NCBI GenBank assembly: GCA_965248695.1 | Contig: CBDFKD010000002.1 | Span: 1,088,001 to 1,152,000, forward strand | From: Acidobacteriota bacterium | GTDB lineage: Bacteria; Acidobacteriota; UBA890; WLXD01 | Direction: 5' to 3' | DNA: 64,000 bases | In this document: in pieces, positions 1 through 10,864 of the stretch | Layout of the letters: every line of letters starts with the position of its first letter | How positions within the stretch are numbered: the stretch's first letter is position 1 | Program-made: the position numbers and the translations under genes | The notes under the pieces: model-generated | What the model was told of the DNA's origin: nothing | Seen by the model: only the letters and a program-made list of their open reading frames with translations | The model's database searches: none

Positions 1-8
1 CGGCGATC

Positions 9-1589
9 GTGTTGTGTGCGGCGTTGCTTGTCGTCATCGGTGCGCCGGTGCCGGCGGGCTCTCAGCAGCGGGGCTTCCGCCTGCAGGGCGGGGGCACCGG
101 TGTATTCCTCGACGGCTCGGCGGACCACGTGATGCTGGCGCGCCCGAATCTCGATGGCACCGTTCGACTCGAGTGCGTCAGGGGTGACCGCCACACGGCG
201 CGGGAGCTGCTCCGCGCGGCGGCCGACAGTCGACAACCGACGGCGGAGATGACGAGCCCGGACGCGCGCGAGGATGACCGGCGGGCGCGCAGCGGGCGGG
301 CGGCGGTCGCGGCACAGATGCGATTCGATGCTGACTTTCCGACCGGCGTTGACGGTGCCGGCCGGGTACTGCTGTACATGCCCAAGCCGATCGAGTCCGG
401 GTCGAGCGGGTCGCACTTTGATCGCTCCGCCAGCCCCGACCTGCTCATGGAGCCGTCGGTGTCCGACGTTCTACCATTCGCCGACGTCGATCTGACCGAC
501 GACGCTCTGCGCGACATGGGGTGGCGGCAAGGAACGTTTCGCTCGGAGCTGCGCTTTACCGACGCCGACGGCAGCGGGTTCAACGACCCGTCGCTGGGGC
601 CGACACGACAGGCGGCGATGCGCTTCGCGCTAGGCATCTGGGAGCGGCTGCTGGGCAGCGCCGCACCGGTGACGGTGGACGCCGGGTTCGACGACCTGTC
701 GTGCTCCCCCGACGACGGCGCCGTGCTCGGACAGGCCGGACCGCAGTTCGTTTTTTCCGGATTCGCCGGCAGCAAGCCCGGCGTGGTGTATCCAGGTACT
801 ACCGCGGAGTCGATCGCCCGGTCGGCGCTCGGGGATTCCGACGCCGCCGACATCGTGATCACCTTCAACTCCGCCGTTGATGACGCCTGCCTGGGGGCAG
901 GAAGTAGCTGGTACTACGGCCTGGATGACAACGCAGCGCCGTCGCAAGTGGCCTTCCTGCCGGTAGCTCTCCACGAAATGGGGCACGGGCTCGGCTTCCT
1001 CGGGCTGACCAACCTCAACACCGGCGCCTTCAACTCCGGTCTCCCGGACATTCTGGCGACGATGACCTTCGACAACCAGCGCAATCGCACCTGGGACGAG
1101 TTGTCCGCTGCCGGGCGCCGCAAGTCCGCTGTGCGCGACGGCAAGGTAGCCTTCACAGGTGCCAGGACCACGCGCAAAGCGCGGACTCTGCTGCGGGGCG
1201 CCCAGGTCCTGCAGATCACCGATCCGGCGAACCTGGCCGGCACTCACGTAGTCGGCCGCGCGTTCTTCGGCCCGGAGCTCGACGAGGCGGGCGTGACCAA
1301 CGACCTGGCGCTCGTCGATGATGGGACCTCGACGCCGACGCTGGGTTGTGCTGCTCTGGTGAACGGCGACGAGATTGCCGGCAAGATCGCGGTGATCGAC
1401 CGCGGCGAATGCCGCTTCGACGCCAAGGTGCAGACCGCACAAGATGCCGGTGCCGTCGGGGTCGTGGTGATCAACAACGTCAGCGGATCGGCGATCAGCA
1501 TGGCTGGCGAGGACGGCTCGATCGTCATTCCCGCCGTCATGGTGGACAAGAAACTCGGCAACAAGATCAAGCGTCGCCTCAGGAAATAG
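9..1589 (+). CDS. Secreted PA-domain zinc metalloprotease, apparently circularly permuted; 5' end may extend beyond the window
   Basis: HEMGHGLGF zinc motif; C-terminal PA domain (GKIAVIDRGECRFDAKVQTAQDAGAVGVVVINN); SHFD...LLMEP...DMGW block lies N-terminal to HExxH; hydrophobic N-terminus; frame is open to the window edge. Confidence 0.85.
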   Translation: MLCAALLVVIGAPVPAGSQQRGFRLQGGGTGVFLDGSADHVMLARPNLDGTVRLECVRGDRHTARELLRAAADSRQPTAEMTSPDAREDDRRARSGRAAVAAQMRFDADFPTGVDGAGRVLLYMPKPIESGSSGSHFDRSASPDLLMEPSVSDVLPFADVDLTDDALRDMGWRQGTFRSELRFTDADGSGFNDPSLGPTRQAAMRFALGIWERLLGSAAPVTVDAGFDDLSCSPDDGAVLGQAGPQFVFSGFAGSKPGVVYPGTTAESIARSALGDSDAADIVITFNSAVDDACLGAGSSWYYGLDDNAAPSQVAFLPVALHEMGHGLGFLGLTNLNTGAFNSGLPDILATMTFDNQRNRTWDELSAAGRRKSAVRDGKVAFTGARTTRKARTLLRGAQVLQITDPANLAGTHVVGRAFFGPELDEAGVTNDLALVDDGTSTPTLGCAALVNGDEIAGKIAVIDRGECRFDAKVQTAQDAGAVGVVVINNVSGSAISMAGEDGSIVIPAVMVDKKLGNKIKRRLRK

Positions 1590-1604
1590 ACGCGGGTTTT
1601 CGCG

Positions 1605-1742
1605 ATGATCGAGAAGCAGACGGCGTTCGCTGAGCGCCTCGTACACGACGACGACTGGATCACGGTGTGGTGGCGCGATGGCACGCAGAGTCGTTTTCCG
1701 GCCATCTGGTTACGCCACAACGTGCCCGGCGGACGAGCGTGA
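1605..1742 (+). pseudogene. Truncated gamma-butyrobetaine hydroxylase-like (TmpA-like) N-terminal fragment, 45 aa
   Basis: Translation MIEKQTAFAERLVHDDDWITVWWRDGTQSRFPAIWLRHNVPGGRA* fits the GBBH N-terminal pattern W.DG..S.F...WLR.N; no dioxygenase domain follows. Confidence 0.6.
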
Positions 1743-2035
1743 TCGTCGACCAGATTGAAGAGCTCTATCGGGCTCGGGGCCACGAGAGCTACGGCGCCGT
1801 CGACCCGGAGTACGCGAACAGCCTGTCTCACGTTTCGCGACACACGCTCGACAAGCAGGGCGGGCCGATGTCGCCCGACGAGCAGCTCCAGTTCGAAGCC
1901 AACCCGCACCGTCGCGACGGGCTGCGCCTACGCAGGTGGGAAGACTCTCAGGGCAAGCTCACCGGTCACCGACTGGTGGCGTGGTCGCACTTCCGCCCGC
2001 TGCTGGAGAGCCTTGCCACTGCACCCGAGGGGTGA
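1739..2035 (+). pseudogene. Internally deleted HD-domain oxygenase (PhnZ/TmpB-like) remnant
   Basis: GTG start overlaps the upstream TGA (GTGA); retains N-terminal RGHESYG and C-terminal AVDPEY..SLS..S..TL..QGGPMS..E...FEANP...LRRW...HFRPLL, but no HD core between them. Confidence 0.65.
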
Positions 2036-2135
2036 ACGCCGATCCGCGAACCGCACGAAGCGACCTCCGCCCGGCTTGAATCCCGCTGAGCGTTTCTCCC
2101 AACCTGCCGAGTCTCGAAAGCCCAGGAGGCAAACC

Positions 2136-3728
2136 ATGCGTTCATCCCGACGATTCAGCGTCGCGTTGCTGTTGGTCCTGACGTCAACGGCGCTCGCTCC
2201 GACCGCCGCTGTGACAGCACAGACTGCCGGCGTCGCTGCCGCCCCGACGACCGGGAGCGAGATCAGCCTGTCAGCGGAGTTCGACGTCTGGGCGCTGGAG
2301 CTGCTCGAGGAATGGCATATCCCGGGCCTGGCGGTGGGAGCGACCGTCAACGGCGAGGTCGTGCTGCTGAAGGGTTATGGCTGGCGGGACGTCGAGAACC
2401 GTCTGCCGGTGACCCCCGACACATTGATGGCGATCGGCTCGAACTCGAAGTCGTTCACGGTATTGCTCATGGCGCAGCTGGTCGACGAGGGAAAGCTCGA
2501 CTGGGACGCGCCGGTGCGCCGCTACCTTCCCGATTTCCGCATGTATGACGATTACGCCACCGAGCACATGCGGGTGAAGGATCTGGTAACTCACGTCTCC
2601 GGACTGCCGCGGCACGATGTCCTCTGGTACGGACGTAGCTTCGATCGGGAGCAGCTCTTTGAGCGTCTGCGCTACCTGGAGCCGACGCTATCGTTTCGCG
2701 CTGGCTACCAGTACCAGAACCTGATGTTCATGACCGCTGGATACCTGGTCGAGCGGATCACCGGGCGCTCCTGGGATGACCTCATCCGCGAGCGCATCTT
2801 CGAGCCCCTCGACATGCAGCGCTCCAACACGTCGGTTATCGACATGCCGGGCTCTGGGGACTTCGCCTGGCCCTACGAGGTCCGCAACGACGAGCCCGGG
2901 CGCGTGCCCTTCCGCAACATCGATAGTGTCGGGCCGGCCGGGTCGATCAACTCCAGCGTGACGGAGATGCTGCGCTACATCGATACGCGAATCGGGGGCG
3001 GCGAAAGCGGCGACGTCCGCATTGTGTCCGAAGAGCAGGAACGACAGATCAAGCGGCCGCACTCGGTTTCATCGGGAGGTATTTCCGGGCCGATCTACCC
3101 GGAGCTCGGGCCCTCGACGTATGGGCTCGGCCTGGCGGTGAGCTCGTACCGCGGACACCGGGTGGTGAACCATGGCGGCGGCATCGACGGGTTCATCTCA
3201 CAGATGGCGTGGCTTCCGGACGCCGGCGTCGGAGTGATGGCGTTGACCAATGGCGCCGGTGCCGCCAACCCGGTGCCGGATCTCGTCATGCGGCGGCTGT
3301 TCGACGAGCTGACCGGGCTCGACCCCATCGACTGGAACGCTCGCGTCCGCGAGCGCATCGCTGAGGGGCTCGCCCAGGCCGAAGCGGAGAGGGAGAAGGT
3401 CGCGGCCTCGAGGGTGCCCGGAACCTCGCCGAGCCATGGGCTGGATGACTACGCCGGTACATACGTGCATCCTGGCTACGGGACGGTGCAGGTCGCCGTC
3501 GGAGAGCAGGGCCTGGAGGTGACGTTCGATCAGTTCCGCGCCGGCCTCAAGCACCACCACTACGATGTGTTCGAGCTCGACGAGGAAGCACTCCCGGAGG
3601 CCGATCGGAGCGAGGGCGTTCTCCAGGGGCTAGTCGCCTTCCGCATGAGCAAGGCGGGAACGATCATCAGCGTCGAGTTGCCGCTGGAGCCGGCCGGAGC
3701 CGACATCGTGTTCGAGCGTTCCGAATAG
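2136..3728 (+). CDS. Serine hydrolase, beta-lactamase class C/peptidase S12 family, with C-terminal DUF3471-like domain
   Basis: AGGAGG RBS at 2124-2129; signal peptide; SxxK (SNSK), YxN (YQN), HGG; C-terminal YAGTYVHPGYG. Confidence 0.9.
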   Translation: MRSSRRFSVALLLVLTSTALAPTAAVTAQTAGVAAAPTTGSEISLSAEFDVWALELLEEWHIPGLAVGATVNGEVVLLKGYGWRDVENRLPVTPDTLMAIGSNSKSFTVLLMAQLVDEGKLDWDAPVRRYLPDFRMYDDYATEHMRVKDLVTHVSGLPRHDVLWYGRSFDREQLFERLRYLEPTLSFRAGYQYQNLMFMTAGYLVERITGRSWDDLIRERIFEPLDMQRSNTSVIDMPGSGDFAWPYEVRNDEPGRVPFRNIDSVGPAGSINSSVTEMLRYIDTRIGGGESGDVRIVSEEQERQIKRPHSVSSGGISGPIYPELGPSTYGLGLAVSSYRGHRVVNHGGGIDGFISQMAWLPDAGVGVMALTNGAGAANPVPDLVMRRLFDELTGLDPIDWNARVRERIAEGLAQAEAEREKVAASRVPGTSPSHGLDDYAGTYVHPGYGTVQVAVGEQGLEVTFDQFRAGLKHHHYDVFELDEEALPEADRSEGVLQGLVAFRMSKAGTIISVELPLEPAGADIVFERSE

Positions 3729-4054
3729 CCGCGGGCCGCGAGCAGCGCGCACAGTACGGCTCGCCGCACACCACCAGAGGCGGTGACGACGGGGGGCGAC
3801 AAGGGCGCATGCGTCTAGGCATCACTGCGTTTCGGTGACTGTTGCGCACTGTCAAGCGTCAACCGGAGCCTGCTCAGTGGCGTCCCATCGGCGCTGGCGG
3901 CCAGGTCCGGCCGTGGCCTCGGGAATCGGCGACAGCCGCCAGACGCGCGGCGACACGAGTGCGCATAGCTGGCGCCCGGGTGGGGCCAGGCAGACGCAGC
4001 CGCCTGTCGGGCGGCCGGACTGGCAGTCGCGGCGTGCCGCGGGCGCGTCGGGTG

Positions 4055-5470
<1,416 letters not shown>

Positions 5471-5471
5471 C

Positions 5472-5771
5472 TCAGCCCTCTCCCTGGCCCTTCTTGCGGA
5501 ACATCGCGAACATGCGGTCGGTCACCAGATAGCCGCCGACGACGTTGATCGTGGCGCAGGCGACGGCCAGCGTTCCGAGAATGATGGTGACGCGCTCGTT
5601 GCCGCCGCGTAGCGACAGCAACGCCCCGACGATAGTGATTCCGGAGATCGCGTTGGAGCCGCTCATCAGCGGGGTGTGCAGCTGCGACGGCACGCGTGAG
5701 ATGAGCTCGAAGCCGAGAAAGATGGCGAGCATCAAGATGAACAGCAGGAAAACGATCGTCTGAGCGTCCAT
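5472..5771 (-). CDS. pntA: NAD(P) transhydrogenase alpha subunit part 2 (membrane)
   Basis: LHTPLMSGSNAISG and NVVGGYLVTDRMFAMF; start placed at MDAQTIVF. Confidence 0.95.
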   Translation of the reverse strand: MDAQTIVFLLFILMLAIFLGFELISRVPSQLHTPLMSGSNAISGITIVGALLSLRGGNERVTIILGTLAVACATINVVGGYLVTDRMFAMFRKKGQGEG

Positions 5772-5826
5772 GGAGATTCGAAAGTGCCTCTGTAGGTGGT
5801 GGCTCGGTGTCAGTTGCCGTCCGGTA

Positions 5827-6969
5827 TCAGTCGCCGGCGTATGCCTTGTTGAGCATCTCGTTGACGATCTCGCCGCCGCAGGTGATGAGCGCACCGGCCA
5901 TGATCTCGTCGTCGCGATCCAGCTTCATGCTCTTGGCTTCGTCGTCCCAGAAATGGGTGAGGAAGTTGATCAAGTTGTTCGAGTACATCTGGCTGGCGTG
6001 AACCGCGACGTGTCCTGGTAGGTTGTCGCGCCCGACGATCAACACCCCGCCTACTTCGACCTCTTCGTTGAGCCGCGTCCCGGCGACGTTGCCGCCCTGC
6101 TCGCTCGCCGCCATGTCAACGATCACGCTCCCGGGCTTCATGCCGGCGACCATTTCCTCATTGAGGATCAACGGCGGCTTGCGCCCGAAGAGCTTCGCTG
6201 TCGTGATGACCACATCGGACGCGGCGCAGACCTTCGCCATTCCCTGGCGCTGTAGCTCGAGTTGCTCGGCGGTCAGCTCCCGGGCGTAACCGCCCTCTGT
6301 CTGACCCGTGTCGCCCAGGTCGATCTTGACGAATCTGGCACCGAGCGACTTGACCTGTTCTTCGACCACCGGGCGCGTATCGAACGCGTTGACGCGAGCC
6401 CCCATGCGCTTGGCGGTGGCGATGGCCTGCAGACCGGCCACGCCGGCGCCGATCACGAAGACGCGCGAAGGTCTCAAGGTGCCCGACGGGGTCATCATCA
6501 TCGGGTAGGCCTTGGCGAGCCGGTCGGCGGCAAGCACCACTGCGGCATAGCCTGCCAGGCTTGCCTGTGAGCTCAGCGCATCCATCTTCTGCGCCAGCGT
6601 CGTACGTGGGATCAGCTCGATGCACACGGCGCTGACTTGCCGCGCCGCCAGCGAGTCGACCAGCGGTTGGTTGAAGAACGGATCGAGATGGCTCACGTGA
6701 ACGCTGCCGGCAGCGAGCAGGTCGACGTCCGAGATGGGCGGCGGGTTCAAGCGCAGCACTACGTCGGCGCCTCCCAGAAGGGCCGCGCGGTCAGCCACGA
6801 CCGCGGCGCCGGCCTCCTCGTAGCTCGCATCGGGGGCGCTCACCGTGGCGCCAACCCCTGCCTCGACACTGACCTCGGCGCCCATATGCACGAGCTTCGC
6901 GATGCCCTCCGGCACTACCGGTACGCGCGGCTCGTCGACCTTGGCTTCGCGCGGAACGGCGATCTTCAT
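5827..6969 (-). CDS. pntA: NAD(P) transhydrogenase alpha subunit part 1 (soluble dI)
   Basis: MKIAVPRE start; MDALSSQASLAGYAAV; GAGVAGLQAIATAKRMGA; MKPGSVIVDMA. Confidence 0.95.
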   Translation of the reverse strand: MKIAVPREAKVDEPRVPVVPEGIAKLVHMGAEVSVEAGVGATVSAPDASYEEAGAAVVADRAALLGGADVVLRLNPPPISDVDLLAAGSVHVSHLDPFFNQPLVDSLAARQVSAVCIELIPRTTLAQKMDALSSQASLAGYAAVVLAADRLAKAYPMMMTPSGTLRPSRVFVIGAGVAGLQAIATAKRMGARVNAFDTRPVVEEQVKSLGARFVKIDLGDTGQTEGGYARELTAEQLELQRQGMAKVCAASDVVITTAKLFGRKPPLILNEEMVAGMKPGSVIVDMAASEQGGNVAGTRLNEEVEVGGVLIVGRDNLPGHVAVHASQMYSNNLINFLTHFWDDEAKSMKLDRDDEIMAGALITCGGEIVNEMLNKAYAGD

Positions 6970-7177
6970 GCGTAGCTTTCCTTGCTCGGTAGGTGCGTGA
7001 ATGAGGCGCCGCAGCGAAGGGGCAGTTGCGAAGCACGGCGACAGGTTGATTGTCCTAGACCGGCGACGGGGCCGCAAACCACCGTGCCGGCGGCGGCCGA
7101 CGAACCGACCCGCCTCCAGTCGCGTTAAGCGACTGCTACGCGGAGCCTGCGCCGTGATGAAGGACGCCGGTCTGCGC

Positions 7178-9379
7178 TCAGCCCTCGTAGTAGCGGCGCG
7201 GCATCCAGGCGAAGCCTTGACGAGCTCCACCCGCTGCGCTCCGCGCCGACGTGACCTCGTTACAGGCCCCGACGATATCGTCGGCGGATAGAACGCAGAC
7301 CTTCTCGAGTGCCAGTGACTGCGGCACGCCCGGCAGGTTCTTCTGCCCCACAGCGCGGGTGGGCAGGTTGGTGAAGCGCTCCACAGCGTGCCCCTGGATG
7401 GAGCGCGCGAAGCCAGCGAACGGGCGATCTTCGGCCGCCACCACCAGCCGGCCCGTACGGCCAATGCTCTGATAGACCGAGTCGAGGTCGGGAGGTACCA
7501 GGGTGCGAAGATCAATCACCTCCGCCTCGACGCCGTCGTCGGCCAGCGTGTCCGCGGCCTCGAGCGCGGTGTACACGGCTCGTCCCCAGGCCACGATCGT
7601 CACGTCGCCGCCAGAGCGTCGGATGGCGGCCTTGGAAAACGGTACCCGCAAGCTGGGATCTATATGCGGCACCTCGCCACGCATGATGCCGCGCTTCAGC
7701 CGCTCGATCTCGTCCTCGTCTGTCGGCTCGCCCGGCAGCGTCGGTCCGAGCGTGAGGCGGTAGGCAAACTTGGGCTCCAGAACCACCACCGGGCCGCCGT
7801 ACTCGGCGGCGGTCATCAGCAAGCCATAGGCGTCGAAGCTGGTGGACGGCATCAGCAGCACGAGTCCCGGAATGGAAGCGAAATAGCTCTCGCAGCTCAT
7901 CGAGTGATAGATCGCACCGCCACCGAAGGGATCGGTCGGCATACGCAGGATCACGCTCGCCGATGCCTTGCCGTTCGAGGCCCAGTGGAAGTTGCCGAGG
8001 TGGATCAGCCAGTGGAAGGCGTTGAAGGAGTAGTCGCCGAACTGGATCTCGGGCAGCGCCACGAGATCAGAGTGGAGGCTCGCACCCATCGCCGTCCCGA
8101 CGATCAGGGGTTCGTTCAGCGGCGCGTCGAATACCCGGTCCGGGTGCCGCTCCTTGAGGCCGGCAGTTGCCTGCATCACACCGCCGAGTCGTGCTACGTC
8201 CTGGCCCCACAGCACGCCGCCGTGTCGATCGATGATGCGATCGAGGGCACTGCGCACGGCGCCGGCGTAGGTGATGTTCGTGGTGCCCGAGGCGGCGGGC
8301 TCGTCGACCTCCGGGAAGGGTAGGTAGACGTGCTCGAACAACGAGTCTGGCGACGGGTCCGGCTCCGCACGGACCTGCTTGATCAGGGCACGAACATGCT
8401 CCATCTCGGCATCCATGATGCGACCAGGCTCGTGATGCACGAAAAAGTCACGACCCTCGCCCTGCTTGCGTTGCAGGATGTCGTCGTGCTCCAGCACGCT
8501 GCGTTCGACGAGCTGTTCGCCGAACGCGATCAACGGGTCGTCCTGGGACAGATCGAAGGTAACGTCGGCGGCCGAGCTGTGGCCGTTGAACCGCGGTAGA
8601 TGCTTGACGTGGAGGACCACGCCACTCTGCTTGTCGCGCACGTGGCCAGCGACATCCATGGTGGTGCTGTAGACGTCCCAGAAGTCGCGCCCGTCGCACT
8701 CGAAGTGCGCCAGATCGAAGGCGCTGGCATAGGCGGCGTAATCCTTGATGCCCTGGCCTTCCTCCGGAAGCGTGCTGATGGCGACGTTGTTGTCGGTCAC
8801 CATGATGATCAGGGGCAGCTGCCAGACGCTGGCCGCGTTCATCGCGTCGTGCAGGTCACCTTCGGCGGTGGTGCCGTCGCCGATGATCGCCATGGCGACG
8901 CTGTGCTCGCGCCCCTTGATCTTGTAGCCCATCGCATAACCGGCCGCTTTGTCGAGCTGCATTCCGACCGGGCTCTGGAGCGGCAGGATGCCCAGCTCCG
9001 GATAGTAGAGATGGTTGACCATCTGTCGGGCGCGGCTGAGCTCGTCGGTGTCTCGGGAGAACTGCTGGCGCATGAGGTCGGTTACGAAGTTCTCGTAGCC
9101 TTGCAGCTCCAACCACATCGACACCAGGGCGTAGGACCGGTAGTGCGGCACGAAACCGAAATCGTCGCGGCCGAGAGCGTGGGCCAGGGCAAGCGCGGTG
9201 GCTACACCGTGAACCTCCTCGCCCGGACCCCAGATGGCGAACTTGATCTCGCCCCGGTTGACGAAGCGGACGACGAACTCCTCGGCGGCGCGTGAGCGCA
9301 CGGCGACGCGATAGGCGTGCCGGAGCTCTTCGGCAGTGGGTTCTACCTGCGCCAGGGCGTCAGTTTCGGCCTGCTCCAT
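7178..9379 (-). CDS. ThDP-dependent 2-oxoacid dehydrogenase E1 alpha/beta fusion
   Basis: GDG...NN ThDP motif (GDGTTAEG...TDNN); beta-subunit motifs GQDVARLGGV, DAPLNE, EIQFGDY, EVIDLRTL; AGGAG RBS before MEQAE. Confidence 0.9.
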   Translation of the reverse strand: MEQAETDALAQVEPTAEELRHAYRVAVRSRAAEEFVVRFVNRGEIKFAIWGPGEEVHGVATALALAHALGRDDFGFVPHYRSYALVSMWLELQGYENFVTDLMRQQFSRDTDELSRARQMVNHLYYPELGILPLQSPVGMQLDKAAGYAMGYKIKGREHSVAMAIIGDGTTAEGDLHDAMNAASVWQLPLIIMVTDNNVAISTLPEEGQGIKDYAAYASAFDLAHFECDGRDFWDVYSTTMDVAGHVRDKQSGVVLHVKHLPRFNGHSSAADVTFDLSQDDPLIAFGEQLVERSVLEHDDILQRKQGEGRDFFVHHEPGRIMDAEMEHVRALIKQVRAEPDPSPDSLFEHVYLPFPEVDEPAASGTTNITYAGAVRSALDRIIDRHGGVLWGQDVARLGGVMQATAGLKERHPDRVFDAPLNEPLIVGTAMGASLHSDLVALPEIQFGDYSFNAFHWLIHLGNFHWASNGKASASVILRMPTDPFGGGAIYHSMSCESYFASIPGLVLLMPSTSFDAYGLLMTAAEYGGPVVVLEPKFAYRLTLGPTLPGEPTDEDEIERLKRGIMRGEVPHIDPSLRVPFSKAAIRRSGGDVTIVAWGRAVYTALEAADTLADDGVEAEVIDLRTLVPPDLDSVYQSIGRTGRLVVAAEDRPFAGFARSIQGHAVERFTNLPTRAVGQKNLPGVPQSLALEKVCVLSADDIVGACNEVTSARSAAGGARQGFAWMPRRYYEG

Positions 9380-9565
9380 ACAGATCTCCTGTCTGGGGCG
9401 ACCACCGACGTGGTCATGAACGTCTAGCGGACGCCACGCCACGCACCTCGCCCGTTCGGTGCGGCGCTTCGCGACGGCGCGACTCCACGGCGGGGGCTGG
9501 TTGAACCGCCACGGCGCTGCCGTTTGAGCCCTTGGATTGGTGGCGAAAACTGTCGCGAAGGCGGC

Positions 9566-9574
9566 ATTATACCA
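9566..9574 (-). promoter_or_regulatory. Candidate extended -10 promoter for the E1/pnt genes
   Basis: Minus strand reads TGGTATAAT (TGn-TATAAT) in the intergenic region upstream of the E1 gene. Confidence 0.45.
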
Positions 9575-9676
9575 ACTACAGCTTGGGGCCTGTTCAACCG
9601 GCCCGGGCGAACAAACAATCGGCCCACGCCAGGGAGGTGGCGTGGGCCGGGGGGTAGGCTTGGCAGTAGGGCCAGC

Positions 9677-10333
9677 TCAGCCGGCGTTGACGACGGCGGC
9701 CTCCTTCGCGTACTGGAGCGCATCCAGGACGTAGAACGGGACGAATCCGGGTCCACCGAAGCCACCGTAGATGCGGTAGCTGCTACGTGCCGCGTGCCTC
9801 ACGAACGCGATGGCAACCTGCCCGTAGACGCTGTCGAAGCCGCGATCCGCTCCGCGCTCACCGACCGTGTAGTACGTCCACACCGCTGCGTCACCGGAGT
9901 AGCCGAACACCGGCCGGACATAGTCTGGACGACCGAGGACGATGTGTACGAAGCCGCGATCAGACTTCCAGCCGCGCGGGAAGTCGTGATAGCGATCGTT
10001 GGTCATCGCCACGCGCTCGTAGAACATTCGCTTGAAGTTGTTTCCGGCGACCTTTTGATCCTCATCGCGTAGGTCCCAGAATTCGGCGATGAAGTCACCG
10101 CGCTCCTCGGTGGTATTGAGGCCTTTAAAGACCTTGCGCTCGTTGTCGAGGATGATGTAGTCGACGGGGCCATCCAGCCACGCGTCTGGATTGGCCTCGA
10201 AGTACGCCATTGCCCCGGAGCCGGTCTCGGGGAACTCCTTGAACGGCGCCGAGGCCGACACTACTGCCGGCAGCAAAGCCACCATGCTGACGGTGGCGAC
10301 AAAACTCGTGAGTCGGCGATTTCGAGCTCGCAT
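9677..10333 (-). CDS. GWxTD domain-containing exported protein
   Basis: Signal peptide; YII...E...F...R..FI..FW..RD; GWKSDRG.VHIVLGRPD; GGAGG RBS. Confidence 0.88.
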   Translation of the reverse strand: MRARNRRLTSFVATVSMVALLPAVVSASAPFKEFPETGSGAMAYFEANPDAWLDGPVDYIILDNERKVFKGLNTTEERGDFIAEFWDLRDEDQKVAGNNFKRMFYERVAMTNDRYHDFPRGWKSDRGFVHIVLGRPDYVRPVFGYSGDAAVWTYYTVGERGADRGFDSVYGQVAIAFVRHAARSSYRIYGGFGGPGFVPFYVLDALQYAKEAAVVNAG

Positions 10334-10864
10334 TTCGTTCCTCCTGGTTGGTTTGCCGCGTTGGACAACACGGCCTCGTTCTTGCGACCCTGGCCGGCAG
10401 CGGTCGGTGCCGGGCGCCTAGGGCGCCGACCGCCGGGAGCAGCCTGGGTTGCACCAACCATCTTCGCAAGGCGCGTGCCAGAAGCCGCCGCGAGCGTCGG
10501 TCGGGCGCGGAGGCTGCGCTGTCAGGCTGCCGAATCGACTGGAAACAATGCGTTTATCGGCTGCAGGTGGGCAGCGCGTCAGTGCGGCAGCGGGTCACGG
10601 GGACGGCGCTGAGGCGGTTCCGCGGGGCTCCGCGAGTGGCGGCGGGCCGACAGCGACGTCCTGACGTCACTTCGAGATGGCGATATGTCGACGCTTCTGG
10701 CGGCTGCCGGTGGCCCTTCCCGGCCGATTTCGGTGCGGCGCTCGGCGCAGACGGGTTTGGTCGCACCGCTGCGTCGGTCGTCGGTCTATTCACGTCGGCC
10801 GCTCGCCTGGGGCCTGTCCGTCCTATAGAACAGGAACCCCACACCTCGCCCGGGGAGTCCGCGA

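Noticed and set aside
2136-3728. Beta-lactamase resistance gene
   Set aside because: The S12 serine hydrolase plus DUF3471-like architecture is a broad peptidase/esterase family; resistance cannot be supported from sequence
3729-4054. Long convergent intergenic region with TTGACA on the minus strand (3850-3855)
   Set aside because: No matching -10 element, and no recognisable ncRNA or ORF
10334-10864. 530-bp divergent intergenic region as a possible ncRNA or riboswitch
   Set aside because: No conserved RNA motif recognised; an Rfam scan would be needed
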